DNA of 64,000 nt from Podarcis bocagei (lineage: Eukaryota): the NCBI GenBank assembly GCA_964188305.1, contig OZ076888.1. One strand, written 5' to 3'. Positions within the stretch are counted from its first letter, which is position 1. Each line of letters starts with the position of its first letter. Position numbers and translations under genes: made by a program. The notes beneath the pieces were generated by a model. That model searched no databases. It was not told the origin of the DNA and saw nothing but the letters and a program-made list of their open reading frames with translations. This document shows positions 1 through 10,953 of this stretch, piece by piece.

Positions 1-2893
1 CCAACTGGTTCTGGCAAGGCTGGGCACAAAGCACACTTGACCCAGGGACTGCTGCCAACCTCTGGTGCTGCTGGAATATCCGGGTTCCCTTTGGCACTGC
101 TCCTGCCTCTGCGGCTCTTGTAGGACTTGGCTAACCCAGACACGGGGAAAGCTTGCTTGGCTGTGATATAGGTCATGGTAGCAGCTGACACACAAGTCTC
201 CCACCTCTTCTCCCCCAGCCATATGTTGCAGCTCCTTCCCTTCCATTTGGGGATTCCGGGCATGCGTGGGCACGGGCGCCGGGCAAAGACCTGTCACTGA
301 AGAGGACTAGTGCACTAGCACTTAATGTTATGGCTAAAGATCTAGTGCGAAGCTAAAAGATTAAACTTGGGGGTGGGTGGTATAAGTGCAGTGGAGGAAG
401 AAGCAGGGGGAGGAGGAATAAAACTAAGCCTTTAATTCTGGGTTTGTTGCAGGCTGTCCCATATCGCCCTATGTTACTGAGTCACTTTAATCCTCTGTGC
501 TTTTTTTCGTCGTCTGCCGCGGCAAGCCTTTTAAAATTCCTTCCCTTGTTCTCTTCTGCCTTCGCTACTCTCCTCCGGAACCCCACGCCCTGTGCTGTTA
601 GGCCAGGCGAGTTTCCTGTGTGACAGATCGGCTTCTTGCCCCAACAGGTGTTTCAGGGTACACGCCCCCTCCTGTGAGGTCACCTCCCCTCCCTATGATT
701 AGCATCATTCATTACAAAGGTGTCCAAAGGCATTTTTATTGCATGCTCACCTCCAGCCCTTCTGCTGCCAACACTACCACCTTGTACAGAGTCAGTCTTA
801 GGGGGGGGAGGTGTATTTAGCTGTACAAGGAGGCCAGGTTGGGTGAGATTTTGCATCCTTTACCAAAGACATGACTTGGTATCCCGACTGCAGGACTGAA
901 AAAAGGGGCTGAGATCGTTAGTGGGATTCTTCCCCCCCCCCCGGGCAGAATGGGGGGAAAGTCTGTAATCTAGGCAAAAGAGAATCAGGGTTTGGGCAAG
1001 TTCAATAACAGAGAACTAGGAAGAAAGGGCAAGTTTTATGTGAGTATTAAAATGTTTCCTTGCACAATCTCGTCCATTTTAGTATCCCATTATTTTTGAC
1101 CCTCGGAAATCCACACCCTCTCATTAACTGTGACAAATGTCCTGTGAGACTGATATTATAGTCTGGGAATCCATACTATCCTATCCTGTTGGGTCATTTT
1201 AGTTTCCTGGGTGTTCTTTGTTTGGGGAAGCCTATTTTATTTATCACTGGCAGGCTTTTGAAAAAACAAAAAACACTCCCTGACCCTTTTCTAAATAGAG
1301 GCCAATCTCCTTTTGCCAAATCATGTTCTGATAGGCCTGCAGTGAACCTACTTAAGCTATGGGAATTATTGTTCCTCTTCTTATGCTACCTTCTCAATAA
1401 TGGAGGAACTATTAAAGTGCATTTTGGAAAGCCAGAACGCAAAATGCAAACATTATTGGTTCACAAAGAACATGAAAAACTACTCAGAGAACCTCGTAAG
1501 TTTGAGATGGGTTTTTGTTATAAAGGAATCTGCGGATACCTGAAGGCATGTATAATAAGACCTTTGGTTCTGAATATTGAAATCCAGATTTTTAAAATTC
1601 TCATGTTAATTCATTGAATGTTCACAGTCCTCAATCTCCTACCTGGTTGGTCCTTTCATGACATCACAGCAGTTAAGCCACTGGAAGCAAGGGAACTTGT
1701 GACGTAGCCTGTCCCCCAAGTCAGGGCCAATTGGCCAGATGTACATTGAGAAGCAGGGTGAACAGAATACTTGGAAGAGGAGGAGACCGCAAAGACAGAT
1801 TGCCATATTGCTGCATCACCAGCTAATATCACGGGAAACCACTGGGACAGCTAGTTAAATGCAGTGAGCTCAGTTGGGGTAATATATTTAACTTATGTAT
1901 GCATTCGTAGAAAGACCAGAACTTTGAACCCACTCCTCTCCTCCCTCCGACAGGCAACTGAATTTATTCCACCCACTGGAACAGTAGAGTTAAACCCTGG
2001 TTTTTTTTTCCAGTAAGGTGGGTGGGCTCAAACTTTGGATGGCAGCAGGATTTGTGGATTGAAACACATTTAAAAGTAGCACAACGAGCTGCATATTAGC
2101 TATAAAAATCTGAAATGCCTCTGGCATGTATGACTCTGTAAGCTGTGAAATAAGTTTGACAGCACATCTGCGCTGTCCCTGTCTCTTCCAGGACAAGTTC
2201 TGCTTCTTTTGTCAGCAAATATCAAACCTGCAGAGGTATAAAAGAAAGGAAGAAGTTCTTCCCCCATCTCTGCTGCTGAGAGCCTGATCTCTGATGCAGG
2301 CCAAGCGAAAGAAAAACTATATATAATCAATGAAACAGGAAGCGTTTCCATTGGTTTCCCAAAGGTACAGAGTGAGACATTAAGTACTTACTGGTTGGAA
2401 ATGGTGGAGAACTCTGTGGCCCTCTCAGGGCAGTTCACAACATCAAAATGCAGTATGAAAACCCCATTGGCCATTGGCCATGGTGGAAACTGGAATCCAA
2501 CAACATCTGGAAGGTCTCAGGTTCACCACACCTGGAATCAAGCTAGGCTTGCCACTTTCCATATAAAGTAACAGGTGGGGAATGCCTTTAAGTGTAGAAA
2601 GGATGTGCAGACCAGAGTTTATCTAAAATCTCCCCTGTAGTGCAGCTTTCTTTTTCAGAGTCCATCACTAGAATGCCATTCATCTCCACCCATTTCTGAT
2701 CTTGCCTCTGATGCTGGAAAGGAGCCTGGCAGAGGTCAGAGACAATGGACTGTGGGGAAGGCAAGCTGTGGAGAAGGGGAGGGTTCATTCTCCTCCCCAA
2801 CTAAGAATTTTTTTGTTCTTAAAACTGGGCCACCGTGCTCCTGTCCTTTGTATTATCCATGATTGGGGAAGGCTTCGACCCAACAGGCCAGCT

Positions 2894-2909
2894 GTTGTTG
2901 TTGTTGTTG

Positions 2910-2942
<33 letters not shown>
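2894..2942. repeat. Compound microsatellite (GTT)n(GT)n
   Basis: Read directly from sequence. Confidence 0.95.
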
Positions 2943-2946
<4 letters not shown>

Positions 2947-4027
2947 GGGGGGGGGATGCATTGTTCTGGGATGAATGGTGGCATTTCCATCCAGAGCAAA
3001 ACCTGCTGTGGGAAGTGATCGGTTGTCTTCTGCAGATGGTAACACCCCACTCTATTCTCCAAAGGCTCCCTTGCAGGAAGATTCCTCTGCTGACTTTCAC
3101 ACTAGTTGTTCGGTTCTTAAAAGCAGAGTGCATGTTAATGGCAGCAAGCCCTCTGGAGGAGCTGGGAGAGAAAAATCAGCCCCCTCAGAAGGGAAGGCCA
3201 TTACAAAAAACACCCCAAACTTCCAGGAACAAAGAGCCAGGTTTCCAGGGCAGAAGGTGTTCCGGGGCGGTGAGGTGGGGGGTGTATGTTTTTTTATTTT
3301 ATTTTCTTAGTGTGTTTGCGCGCATGTATGTGTTAAGGATCCTTTTCTTCCCTGTTCCTCTTCTCACATGCATTTGATGAATACCAAAACTGAGGGGATT
3401 GTTTCCTTGTGAAAGAGCGTGAAAAATCTCATTTGGAGAAGTTTAATGCTTATTAGACCCATCTGCCTCCAGGGCGAATTCTCTTTTTCTTTGGTGCTGA
3501 GGCCATGAAAAGAGGAGAAGGAGAGACCTCCGGAATCCAGCACAATAATAATCTGACACAGGCACAGGGCTGAGATGGAGACAGGGGAAATGTTCACACA
3601 CACACACCACTCTTCAGTTTCAGTGAGAGGTAATGTGGGCAAAAGATCTCACAACGGTTTAAGTGAATTGTAGTTCCTGAGAAGTAGGCCTCTTCATTTA
3701 CCACGAGTCTTTCTTTCTTTTTTTAATATTTATTAAGATTTTCAAAAAATTAAAAAAAGAAAGAAAGATACAAAATAAAAATAGTTAAAAACAATTCAGT
3801 CTTTCCATCACATATTTTCATTTGCTTATTTTCCAGACCTCCTCACGCCTCCCTTTTCTGTATTCCAATTCAAATTTTTAATTCAGCAAATCCCTCCCCT
3901 CTTCAATCATCTTAATCTTCAATTTTAAAATATTATAACATTAAGTTTTTACCTATTAATAACCTTTTTCTCGTATTCTCTTATAGCATTACAGCTAAAG
4001 ACCACTTAGTTTCTATCCAACATCATT

Positions 4028-4332
4028 CTAACATTCATTAATTTTACAATATTTCTGAAGATAGTCTTTAAATTTCTTCCAATCTTCTTCCACTGACTCT
4101 TCTCCCTGGTCTCGGATTCTGCCAGTCATTTCCGCCAGTTCCATATAGTCCATCACCTTCATCTGCCATTCTTCCAGGGTGGGTAGATCTTGTGTTTTCC
4201 AATACTTTGCAATAAGTATTCTTGCTGCTGTTGTGGCATACATAAAAAAAGTTCTATCTTTCTTTGGCACCAATTGGCCGACTATGCCCAGGAGAAAGGC
4301 CTCTGGTTTCTTCAAGAAGGTATATTTAAATA
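4028..4332 (-). pseudogene. L1 ORF2 C-terminal remnant (last segment, ...FKYTFLKKPEAFLLG...YCKINEC*)
   Basis: ORF track 4028-4315; nearly identical to ORF 27059-27373; frame joins the 5731-6289 segment once the TA-flanked insertion is removed. Confidence 0.88.
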
Positions 4333-5730
4333 CCGTATTTTTCGCCCTATAAGACGCACCGGCCCATAGGACGCACCTAGTTTTCAGGGGGGGAAATCAA
4401 GGAAAAAAATATGATTTCCCCCCCGCAGCTCTGGGAGCAGCGGACGGGCTGCACGCAGCCTGTGCGCTACTCCAAGACCTTCTCCCTGCTTTTGCGGGAG
4501 GTGGCGGAATTCCCCCACCTCCCGCAAAAGCCCACAGGAGCCCCACTTGACTCCTGCGGGCTTTTCGACCAGGAGGGAGAAGGGACTGATTCGGCCAGTC
4601 AGTCCCTTCTCCCTCCTTGGGGAAAAGCCCCCAAGAGCGGCGCGCTCTTTAAAGGGTGCACGGCTCCTGCAGGCTTTTCTAGGAGGTTGGGGAATTCCCC
4701 CCCTCGTAGAAAAGCCAGCAGAAGCCGCGGAGCCCCTTTAAAGAGCGCACGGCTTTTGCCTGCTTTTGCGGGAGGTGGGGGAATTTCCCCATCTCCCGCA
4801 AAAGCCAAAAGGAGGGTTGGAGAGCAGCGGCAAGGCGTCGTGCGCCTTTCTGCTGCCCCCCATCCTCTGGGGCTGGCGATGGGGGAAGCGCTGCTTTCCC
4901 CACCGCCAGCCTCAAACCCGGGTTGGAGAGCAGCGGCAAGGCGTCGCACGCCTTCCTGCTGCCCCCCATCCTCTGGGGCTGGCGATGGGGGAAGCGCTGC
5001 TTTCCCCACCGCCAGCCTCAAACCCGGGTTGGAGAGCAGCGGCAAGGCGTCGCGCGCCTTCCTGCTGCCCCCCATCCTCTGGGGCTGGCGATGGGGGAAG
5101 CGCTGCTTTCCCCACCGCCAGCCTCAAACCCGGGTTGGAGAGCAGCGGCAAGGCGTCGCGCGCCTTCCTGCTGCCCCCCATCCTCTGGGGCTGGCGATGG
5201 GGGAAGTGCTGCTTTCCCCACCGCCAGCCTCAAACCCGGGTTGGAGAGCAGCGGCAAGGCGTCGCGCGCCTTCCTGCTGCCCCCCATCCTCTGGGGCTGG
5301 CGATGGGGGAAGTGCTGCTTTCCCCACCGCCAGCCTCAAACCCGGGTTGGAGAGCAGCGGCAAGGCATCGCGCGCCTTCCTGCTGCCCCCCATCCTCTGG
5401 GGCTGGCGATGGGGGAAGCGCTGCTTTCCCCACCGCCAGCCTCAAACCCGGGTTGGAGAGTAGCAGCAAGGCGTCGCGCGCCTTCCTGCTGCCCCCCATC
5501 CTCTGGGGCTGGCGATGGGGGAAGCGCTGCTTTCCTCCACCGCCAGCCTCAAACAGCAGACTCTCCTGGCTTCAGCGGAAGCAACGCGAAGCCTCCGGAG
5601 CGCAGGCTTCGGAGGCTTCGTGTTGCTATCGCTGAAGCCAAGGAGTCTGCATTCGCCCCATAAGACGCACCCACATTTCCCCTTCATTTTTGGAGGGGGA
5701 AAAGTGCGTCTTATAGGGCGAAAAATACGG
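4333..5730 (+). mobile_element. Non-autonomous Tc1/mariner (Tc2/pogo-like) element, copy 1, with hairpin/minisatellite interior
   Basis: Perfect 27-bp TIR ccgtatttttcgccctataagacgcac; TA duplicated at 4331-4332 and 5731-5732; empty site seen in the second L1 copy (aaaaaggtatttaaatata, about 27062-27080); no transposase. Strand is arbitrary. Confidence 0.93.
4814..5554. repeat. 106-bp GC-rich minisatellite, 7 copies, each with an internal hairpin
   Basis: Unit starts gggttggagag at 4814, 4920, 5026, 5132, 5238, 5344, 5450; internal inverted repeat ggctggcgatgggggaag...ctttccccaccgccagcc. Confidence 0.95.
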
Positions 5731-6289
5731 TACCTTTTTCAATTCATTATATATCATCTCCCAGAAAGCCTTAATCCTTGGGCATGTCCACCAAAGGTGA
5801 AAGAATGTACCTTCAGTTTCTTTACATTTCCAACATTTATTATCGGGCAGATGATAGATTTTTGCAAGCTTGACTGGTGTCATGTACCACTTGTATATCA
5901 TTTTCATAATATTCTCTCTTAGGGCATTACATGCCGTAAATTTCATACCTGTTGTCCACAACTGTTCCCAGTCAGCAAACATAATGTTATGTCCAACATC
6001 TTGTGCCCATTTAATCATAGCAGATTTGACCGTTTCATCCTGAGTATTCCATTTCAACAGCAAGTTATACATCTTTGACAAAATCTTAGTTTTAGGTTCT
6101 AACAGTTCTGTTTCTAGTTTTGATTTTTCCACCTGGAAGCCAATTTTCTTATCCAAGTTATATGCCTCCATTATCTGATAGTAATGTAGCCAGTCTCGCA
6201 CTTTATCTTTTAATTTCTCAAAACTCTGCAGTTTCACTTTGTCTCCTTGTTCCAAAATTTCCCAATATTTTGGCCATTTAGCCTCCATA
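5731..6289 (-). pseudogene. L1 ORF2 remnant containing the CCHC zinc knuckle
   Basis: Part of ORF 5626-6321: MEAKWPKYWEILE...CWKCKETEGTFFHLWWTCPRIKAFWEMIYNELKKV; no stops in this segment. Confidence 0.88.
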
Positions 6290-6644
6290 CAGTGGTACCC
6301 CGCAAGACGAATGCCTCGCAAGACGGAAAACCCGCAAGACGAAAGGGTTTTCTGTTTTGGAGGCGCTTCGCAAGACGAATTTCCCTATGGGCTTGCATCG
6401 CAAGACGAAAGCCCATAGGGAAATGCTGGCGGTCAGGAGCAAAGACTTTCGCCCACAGCCGGCCTTCAGAAGAGGACCTCTTCTGAAGTCCGGCGGGGGG
6501 CAAAAGTCTTTGCTCCCCCCCCCGCCTGCCTCCCCCCCGCCTGCCCCGGGCGATCTTAAAATGCTGGCGGGCGGGAGCGAAGCGTTCGCTGCCGACCCCC
6601 AGCATTTTAAAATCTCCAAGGGACAGCAGAGAAGTCTCTGTCCC

Positions 6645-7010
6645 GGGGAGATTTTAAAATGCTGGGGGTCGGGAGCGAAGCGCTGCAGACCCCCAACATT
6701 TTAAAATCTCCCCGTGTCCTGGGAAGATTTTAAAATGCTGGGGGTCGGGAGCGAAGCGCTGCAGACCCCCAGCATTTTAAAATCTCCCCGTCTCCTGGGA
6801 AGATTTTAAAATGCTGGGGGTCGGGAGCGAAGCGCTGCAGACCCCCAGCATTTTAAAATCTCCCCGTGTCCTGGGAAGATTTTAAAATGCTGGGGGTCGG
6901 GAGCGAAGCGCTGCCGACCCCCAGCATTTTAAAACCTCCCCGGGACACGGGGAGATTTTAAAATGCTGGGGGTCGGCAGCGCTTCGCTCCCAACCCCCAG
7001 CATTTTAAAA
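6645..7010. repeat. About 66-bp palindromic tandem repeat, about 5.5 units, last unit inverted
   Basis: Unit ggg[g/a]agattttaaaatgctgggggtc-gggagcgaagcgctgca-gacccccagcattttaaaatctcccc-gtgtcct with about 26-bp arms. Confidence 0.9.
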
Positions 7011-7011
7011 C

Positions 7012-7646
7012 GCTGTTCCGAAGTGGGGCGGGGGGGCGGGGACACCTGGCCCCGCCGCCCCACTTCAGAAAGCTCTTCCGAAGTGGGGAGGGGGGCGGGA
7101 ACACCTGGCCCCGCCGCCCCACTTCGGAAAGCTCTTCCGAAGTGGGGAGGGGGGGGCGGGAACACCTGGCCCCGCCGCCCCACTTCGGAAAGCTCTTCCG
7201 AAGTGGGGAGGGGGGGGCGGGAACACCTGGCCCCGCCGCCCCACTTCGGAAAGCTCTTCCGAAGTGGGGAGGGGGGGCGGGAACACCTGGCCCCGCCGCC
7301 CCACTTCGGAAAGCTCTTCCGAAGTGGGGAGGGGGGGCGGGAACACCTGGCCCCGCCGCCCCACTTCGGAAAGCTCTTCCGAAGTGGGGAGGGGGGGCGG
7401 GAACACCTGGCCCCGCCGCCCCACTTCGGAAAGCTCTTCCGAAGTGGGGAGGGGGGGCGGGAACACCTGGCCCCGCCGCCCCACTTCGGAAAGCTCTTCC
7501 GAAGTGGGGAGGGGGGGCGGGAACACCTGGCCCCGCTGCCCCACTTCGGAAAGCTGTTCCGAAGTGGGGCGGGGGGGCGGGGACACCTGCCCCATCCGCC
7601 CCACTTCGGAAAGCTGTTCCGAAGTGGGGCGGGGGGCGGGAACACC
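7012..7646. repeat. 60-bp palindromic G-rich minisatellite, about 10.5 copies
   Basis: Unit gctcttccgaagtggggagggggggcgggaacacctggccccgccgccccacttcggaaa; lines 7261-7500 are identical; arms ttccgaagtgggg / ccccacttcggaa. Confidence 0.95.
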
Positions 7647-8308
7647 TTCTGAAGGCGGGCAGGGGGCGAAAGTCTTTGTCCCCCCTGCCTGCCTTCCCAG
7701 GGGCTTTTAAATCGCCCCGGACAGCGGAGAAGTCCTCCGCTGTCCGGAGCGATTTTAAAATGCCGCCCGCCAGCATTTTAAGATAGCCCCGCACAGCGGA
7801 GAAGTCCTCCGCTGTCCCAGTGTTTTTTAAAATGCTGGGGGTGGGAAGAAAAGCCCTTGTCCCCCCCCCCAGCCTTCAGAAGAGGTCCAGGGACAGACTG
7901 TCCCCGGACCTGGTCTGAAGTCGGTTTCCCTAGGAACGCATTAATTGATTTTCAATGCATTCCTATGGGAAACCGTGCATCGCAAGACGAAAAAACCGCA
8001 AGACGAAGAGAATTGCGGAACGAATTAATTTCGTCTTGCGAGGCACCACTGTATTAAGTTTTTTCTGAGCCCATTTGCCACGAGTCTTTCAAAGCATAAC
8101 CCTACAGTATTTAGACAAAGATATATGCCATTTATGGGTAGGAAAGTATTGTTTCATTAACTGAGGCTGCAATCCTAGTTTCACTTGCCTGAGAGTTGAA
8201 TTCAGTGGAATTTACTTAGGAGTAGGCATGGTTAGGATTGTGCTATTCATCTCTCTTTAATGATGTGTGTGTGCAAGGAACAATGCATTTACATTGTAAT
8301 AGATGAGT

Positions 8309-8418
8309 ATCATAGAGTTGGAGAGGACCTTTTGCAGGAATCTTTTTGCCCGATGTTGGGCTTGAACCCATGGCCCTTAGTTTAAGAGACTCATGCTCTA
8401 CCGACTGAGCTATCCCGC
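8309..8418 (-). mobile_element. tRNA-Lys-derived SINE with CR1-like 3' tail (internally deleted)
   Basis: Reverse complement gggatagctcagtcggtagagcatgagtctcttaa...gggttcaagcccaacatcgggc resembles tRNA-Lys(CTT) and is followed by ccaactctatgat. Confidence 0.8.
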
Positions 8419-9459
8419 AGGATTCCCTTAATCTGTTTTTAAGGGTTGATAACTTTCTCATATGAGAGAGATGTTGATTCAAGAACTTTCTAGTATTTAC
8501 TGGTGATAATCAATTATAGTTAGTGGATTTCCTTTATTAACTTGGTTATTCATTAAAGGAAGTTAATTTTTTTAAAAAAATCATTTAAGGATGACATATT
8601 TTTTAAAAAATGATCCCGATCCCTCCCGTAAAGTGATATTCAGGAAAAATCTGTAGTCCACATTGGAGTTTACTATAGTGAGATGTTTTATATAATTTGA
8701 TCAGAAAGTTATAAAGTATAAGATTAGCAATTTGTCCAGAAAGGTAATTTTATAATCAATTGATACTTATTGCACATAAGGGGCGGGATTATACATAGGT
8801 TTTGGTCTTACTCAAGAATTGACCTATTATATTGCACCATAATTTAATGAGAAGTATGGTGAAAGGTGTGATCAAAGCACAAACATTTTCTGATTGTTGC
8901 CAATTAACACATGAGCTCAAGTAGAACTCTGTATCTGAGAACAGAATCTGGCAGGTGGAATACTTAATAGATTAGGAGGTGGTTGTCACTCCAGAAGAAA
9001 GCTAGGTATACGAAAGGGGTACGTTAGACTGAATCTAAATATATATATATATATATTAAAAGATTGTCAGCCCACTCTTGTACTTGACAGTAAACAATCC
9101 ATATGTTCAATTGGGCTTACTCCTTTGGGGGTGGGCATAGGGGCTGCAGCGTTCCATAACCAGCACCCAATGACAGGAGCTAAAGATGTTCACAAGATAA
9201 TTGTTCTTGAAGTGAAAATAAATAAAGCATTTGGGCTCAGTGTTCAGGTCCCAAGCAACATGCTTTCACACCTAGGATGTCAGGTGCCAAACGTGAGTCC
9301 TGTTAATTTCTCTCACTTGGTCACCACCTACACCCCCACACCCCTTGTCATCTGAATATTTCAAGCAACATCAAATTTTGTTTAATATTCCAAACATGGT
9401 TGGGTTTTTTTGGTTGGCTACAAGTCTCCTGGAATTGTAGCAAGCTTGTTTTCTAATGC

Positions 9460-9670
9460 TTCGGAGGCTAAGACCCAAGCCAACGACTTCAAGTTACAAG
9501 AAGGGAGATTCCAACTAAACATCAGGAAGAACTTTCTGATCGTAAAAGGCAAGGATCAGTGGATATGAGGTGGGGGACTCTCTTCCATTGGAAGTTGAAT
9601 GGCCCTCTTTTGAGATCCCTGCATTATAGGCGTTGGACGCTCAGAATCCCATCCAACTCTATGATTCTAT
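9460..9670 (+). mobile_element. Degraded CR1 LINE 3' end
   Basis: caagttacaagaagggagattccaactaaacatcaggaagaactttctga ... ccaactctatgattctat, homologous to 27505-27877. Confidence 0.78.
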
Positions 9671-10382
9671 AAGCATGCTTAAACGTTGTAGCTGTATGCA
9701 TTCCCTCCCTCCCTTTCTCCCCCTCTCTCGATATTGAGCTTGCCTGCCCGCCCTGTGCTGGGCTTGTGACTGACTCAGCTTTGCAACAATTGTTCACCTT
9801 TCCACTTGTCCCCAATTATCCTCTCATTTGATTTGACCTAGTTCAGTTCCATCTTTTTTCTTCCTTTTGGTCTTCCATTTGACACTTCTTGGAACCAAAT
9901 GAGGTAGCGGTGGTGGTGGGATCAGGGAGAGAGCTTTTTTCTCATGATTTCACCATTCCCGAGGAATAACTGAACACGGCCATGTTTGGTGAACATTATT
10001 GTCTCCAAACAATACAGAAAACTAAAGGTGCTGATGTCATAAAAAATGTTTGCCTCTCCCACCTACTGCTGACTTCAATGCAGTATTGTACTAAACTTCA
10101 GGGTGCAGGTGATTGGGATGGGTGGGCAAATAAACACTTGGTCGAGCCAAGGATTTTTTGTTTTGTTATCAAAGCGGGAGACAGAGATCCTGCGACTTTG
10201 TTCTGTACCATTGTGTCGAATGGCAGCCACCAGTGTCGGCAAGATAAGCCAAGATGTTGCAACTGCTGTGGAAAGACTAGATCAAGAAAGATGACCTGCG
10301 AATGGAATTTGGTGCCACCTTGTAAATAAGCAAACCTATGGGGCATTTGTATTCTCACCTGATCACTCTAAGGATCTAGGTC

Positions 10383-10518
10383 CAGGGTTTCGCAAACTTG
10401 GGTCTCTAGCTGCTGTTGGACTACAACTCCCATCATCCCTAGCTAGCAGGACCAGTGGCTAGGGATGATGGGAATTGTAGTCCAAAAACATCTGGAGACC
10501 CAAGTTTGGGATACCCTG
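10383..10518. mobile_element. Palindromic hAT-like MITE (ggactacaactcccatcatccc family)
   Basis: Near whole-length inverted repeat cagggtttcgcaaacttgggtctc...gagacccaagtttgggataccctg; relatives at 22681, 37560, 44820, 53480, 59093. Confidence 0.75.
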
Positions 10519-10890
10519 GTTCAGTCCATTCATCTGGGTGTGAGGTGGAACCTGTGCATGTGCTCTTAAATTCAGTTTCAGGTGTGGGATTTTGAAACTA
10601 TATGTGAGCCAGCTCTAAAGCTGAGTTACCTGCTCATCTAGGAAGCTCACCAGGTGGCCTTGGGCAAGTCGCCATTGCTCACTGTGCCTAATCCACTTCA
10701 CAGGTATGGCTGCCATGTTGCAGCTTGGAGAACCAGTTCCGCCACTCACCATGCTACCTGCTCTAGGGCATTTTTGAGTGTCTCACTTGCTGGGAAGTCA
10801 AAGGAAAAAGGTGGGGAGAAGAACCAGGGAGTAAGCACTAGGTAGGAGGCACTCTCACTGCACTGTCTCCCACTGCAGTTGCAAACTGTA

Positions 10891-10953
10891 AAGAAGAAGA
10901 AGAAGAAGAGGAGGAGGAGGAGGAGGAGGAGGAGGAGGAGGAGGAAGAAGAAG
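10891..10953. repeat. Polypurine microsatellite (GAA)n(GGA)n(GAA)n
   Basis: Read directly from sequence. Confidence 0.95.

Larger units (their letters stand above)
6290..8051 (-). mobile_element. Non-autonomous Tigger/pogo-like Tc1/mariner element, long form with palindromic tandem arrays
   Basis: TIR cagtggtaccccgcaagacgaa / ttcgtcttgcgaggcaccactg; TA at 6288-6289 and 8052-8053; subterminal gcaagacg repeats; both ends match short copies at 20112 and 50599 in the opposite orientation. Confidence 0.92.
3714..8071 (-). mobile_element. 5'-truncated L1-clade LINE (about 1.2 kb of own sequence) interrupted by two DNA-transposon insertions
   Basis: ORF2 C-terminus with CCHC knuckle (CWKCKETEGTFFHLWWTC); AT-rich 3' UTR and T-rich tail at about 3714-3730; 19-bp TSD cattt[a/g]ccacgagtctttc at 3695-3713 and 8072-8090; homologous copy at 27045-28099. 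Confidence 0.92.

Noticed and set aside
1189-1617. 142-aa ORF
   Set aside because: Non-ATG start, no recognisable domain, no convincing splice sites.
4814-7646. CRISPR-like appearance of the palindromic repeat arrays (also 60821-61943)
   Set aside because: Whole units, including loops and linkers, are repeated almost identically; there are no unique spacers, no cas genes, and the context is vertebrate.
4411-7794. Long overlapping ORFs (150-350 aa) in several frames
   Set aside because: Stop-poor GC-rich tandem repeats inside MITEs; periodic low-complexity peptides with no transposase motifs.
8345-8418. tRNA-Lys gene (also about 31430-31494 and 47625-47681)
   Set aside because: Stems are broken or the anticodon loop is deleted, and each is fused to a CR1-like tail, so they are SINE heads.
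9900-9922. let-7-like seed tgaggtag
   Set aside because: The rest does not match let-7 and no complementary star arm is visible.
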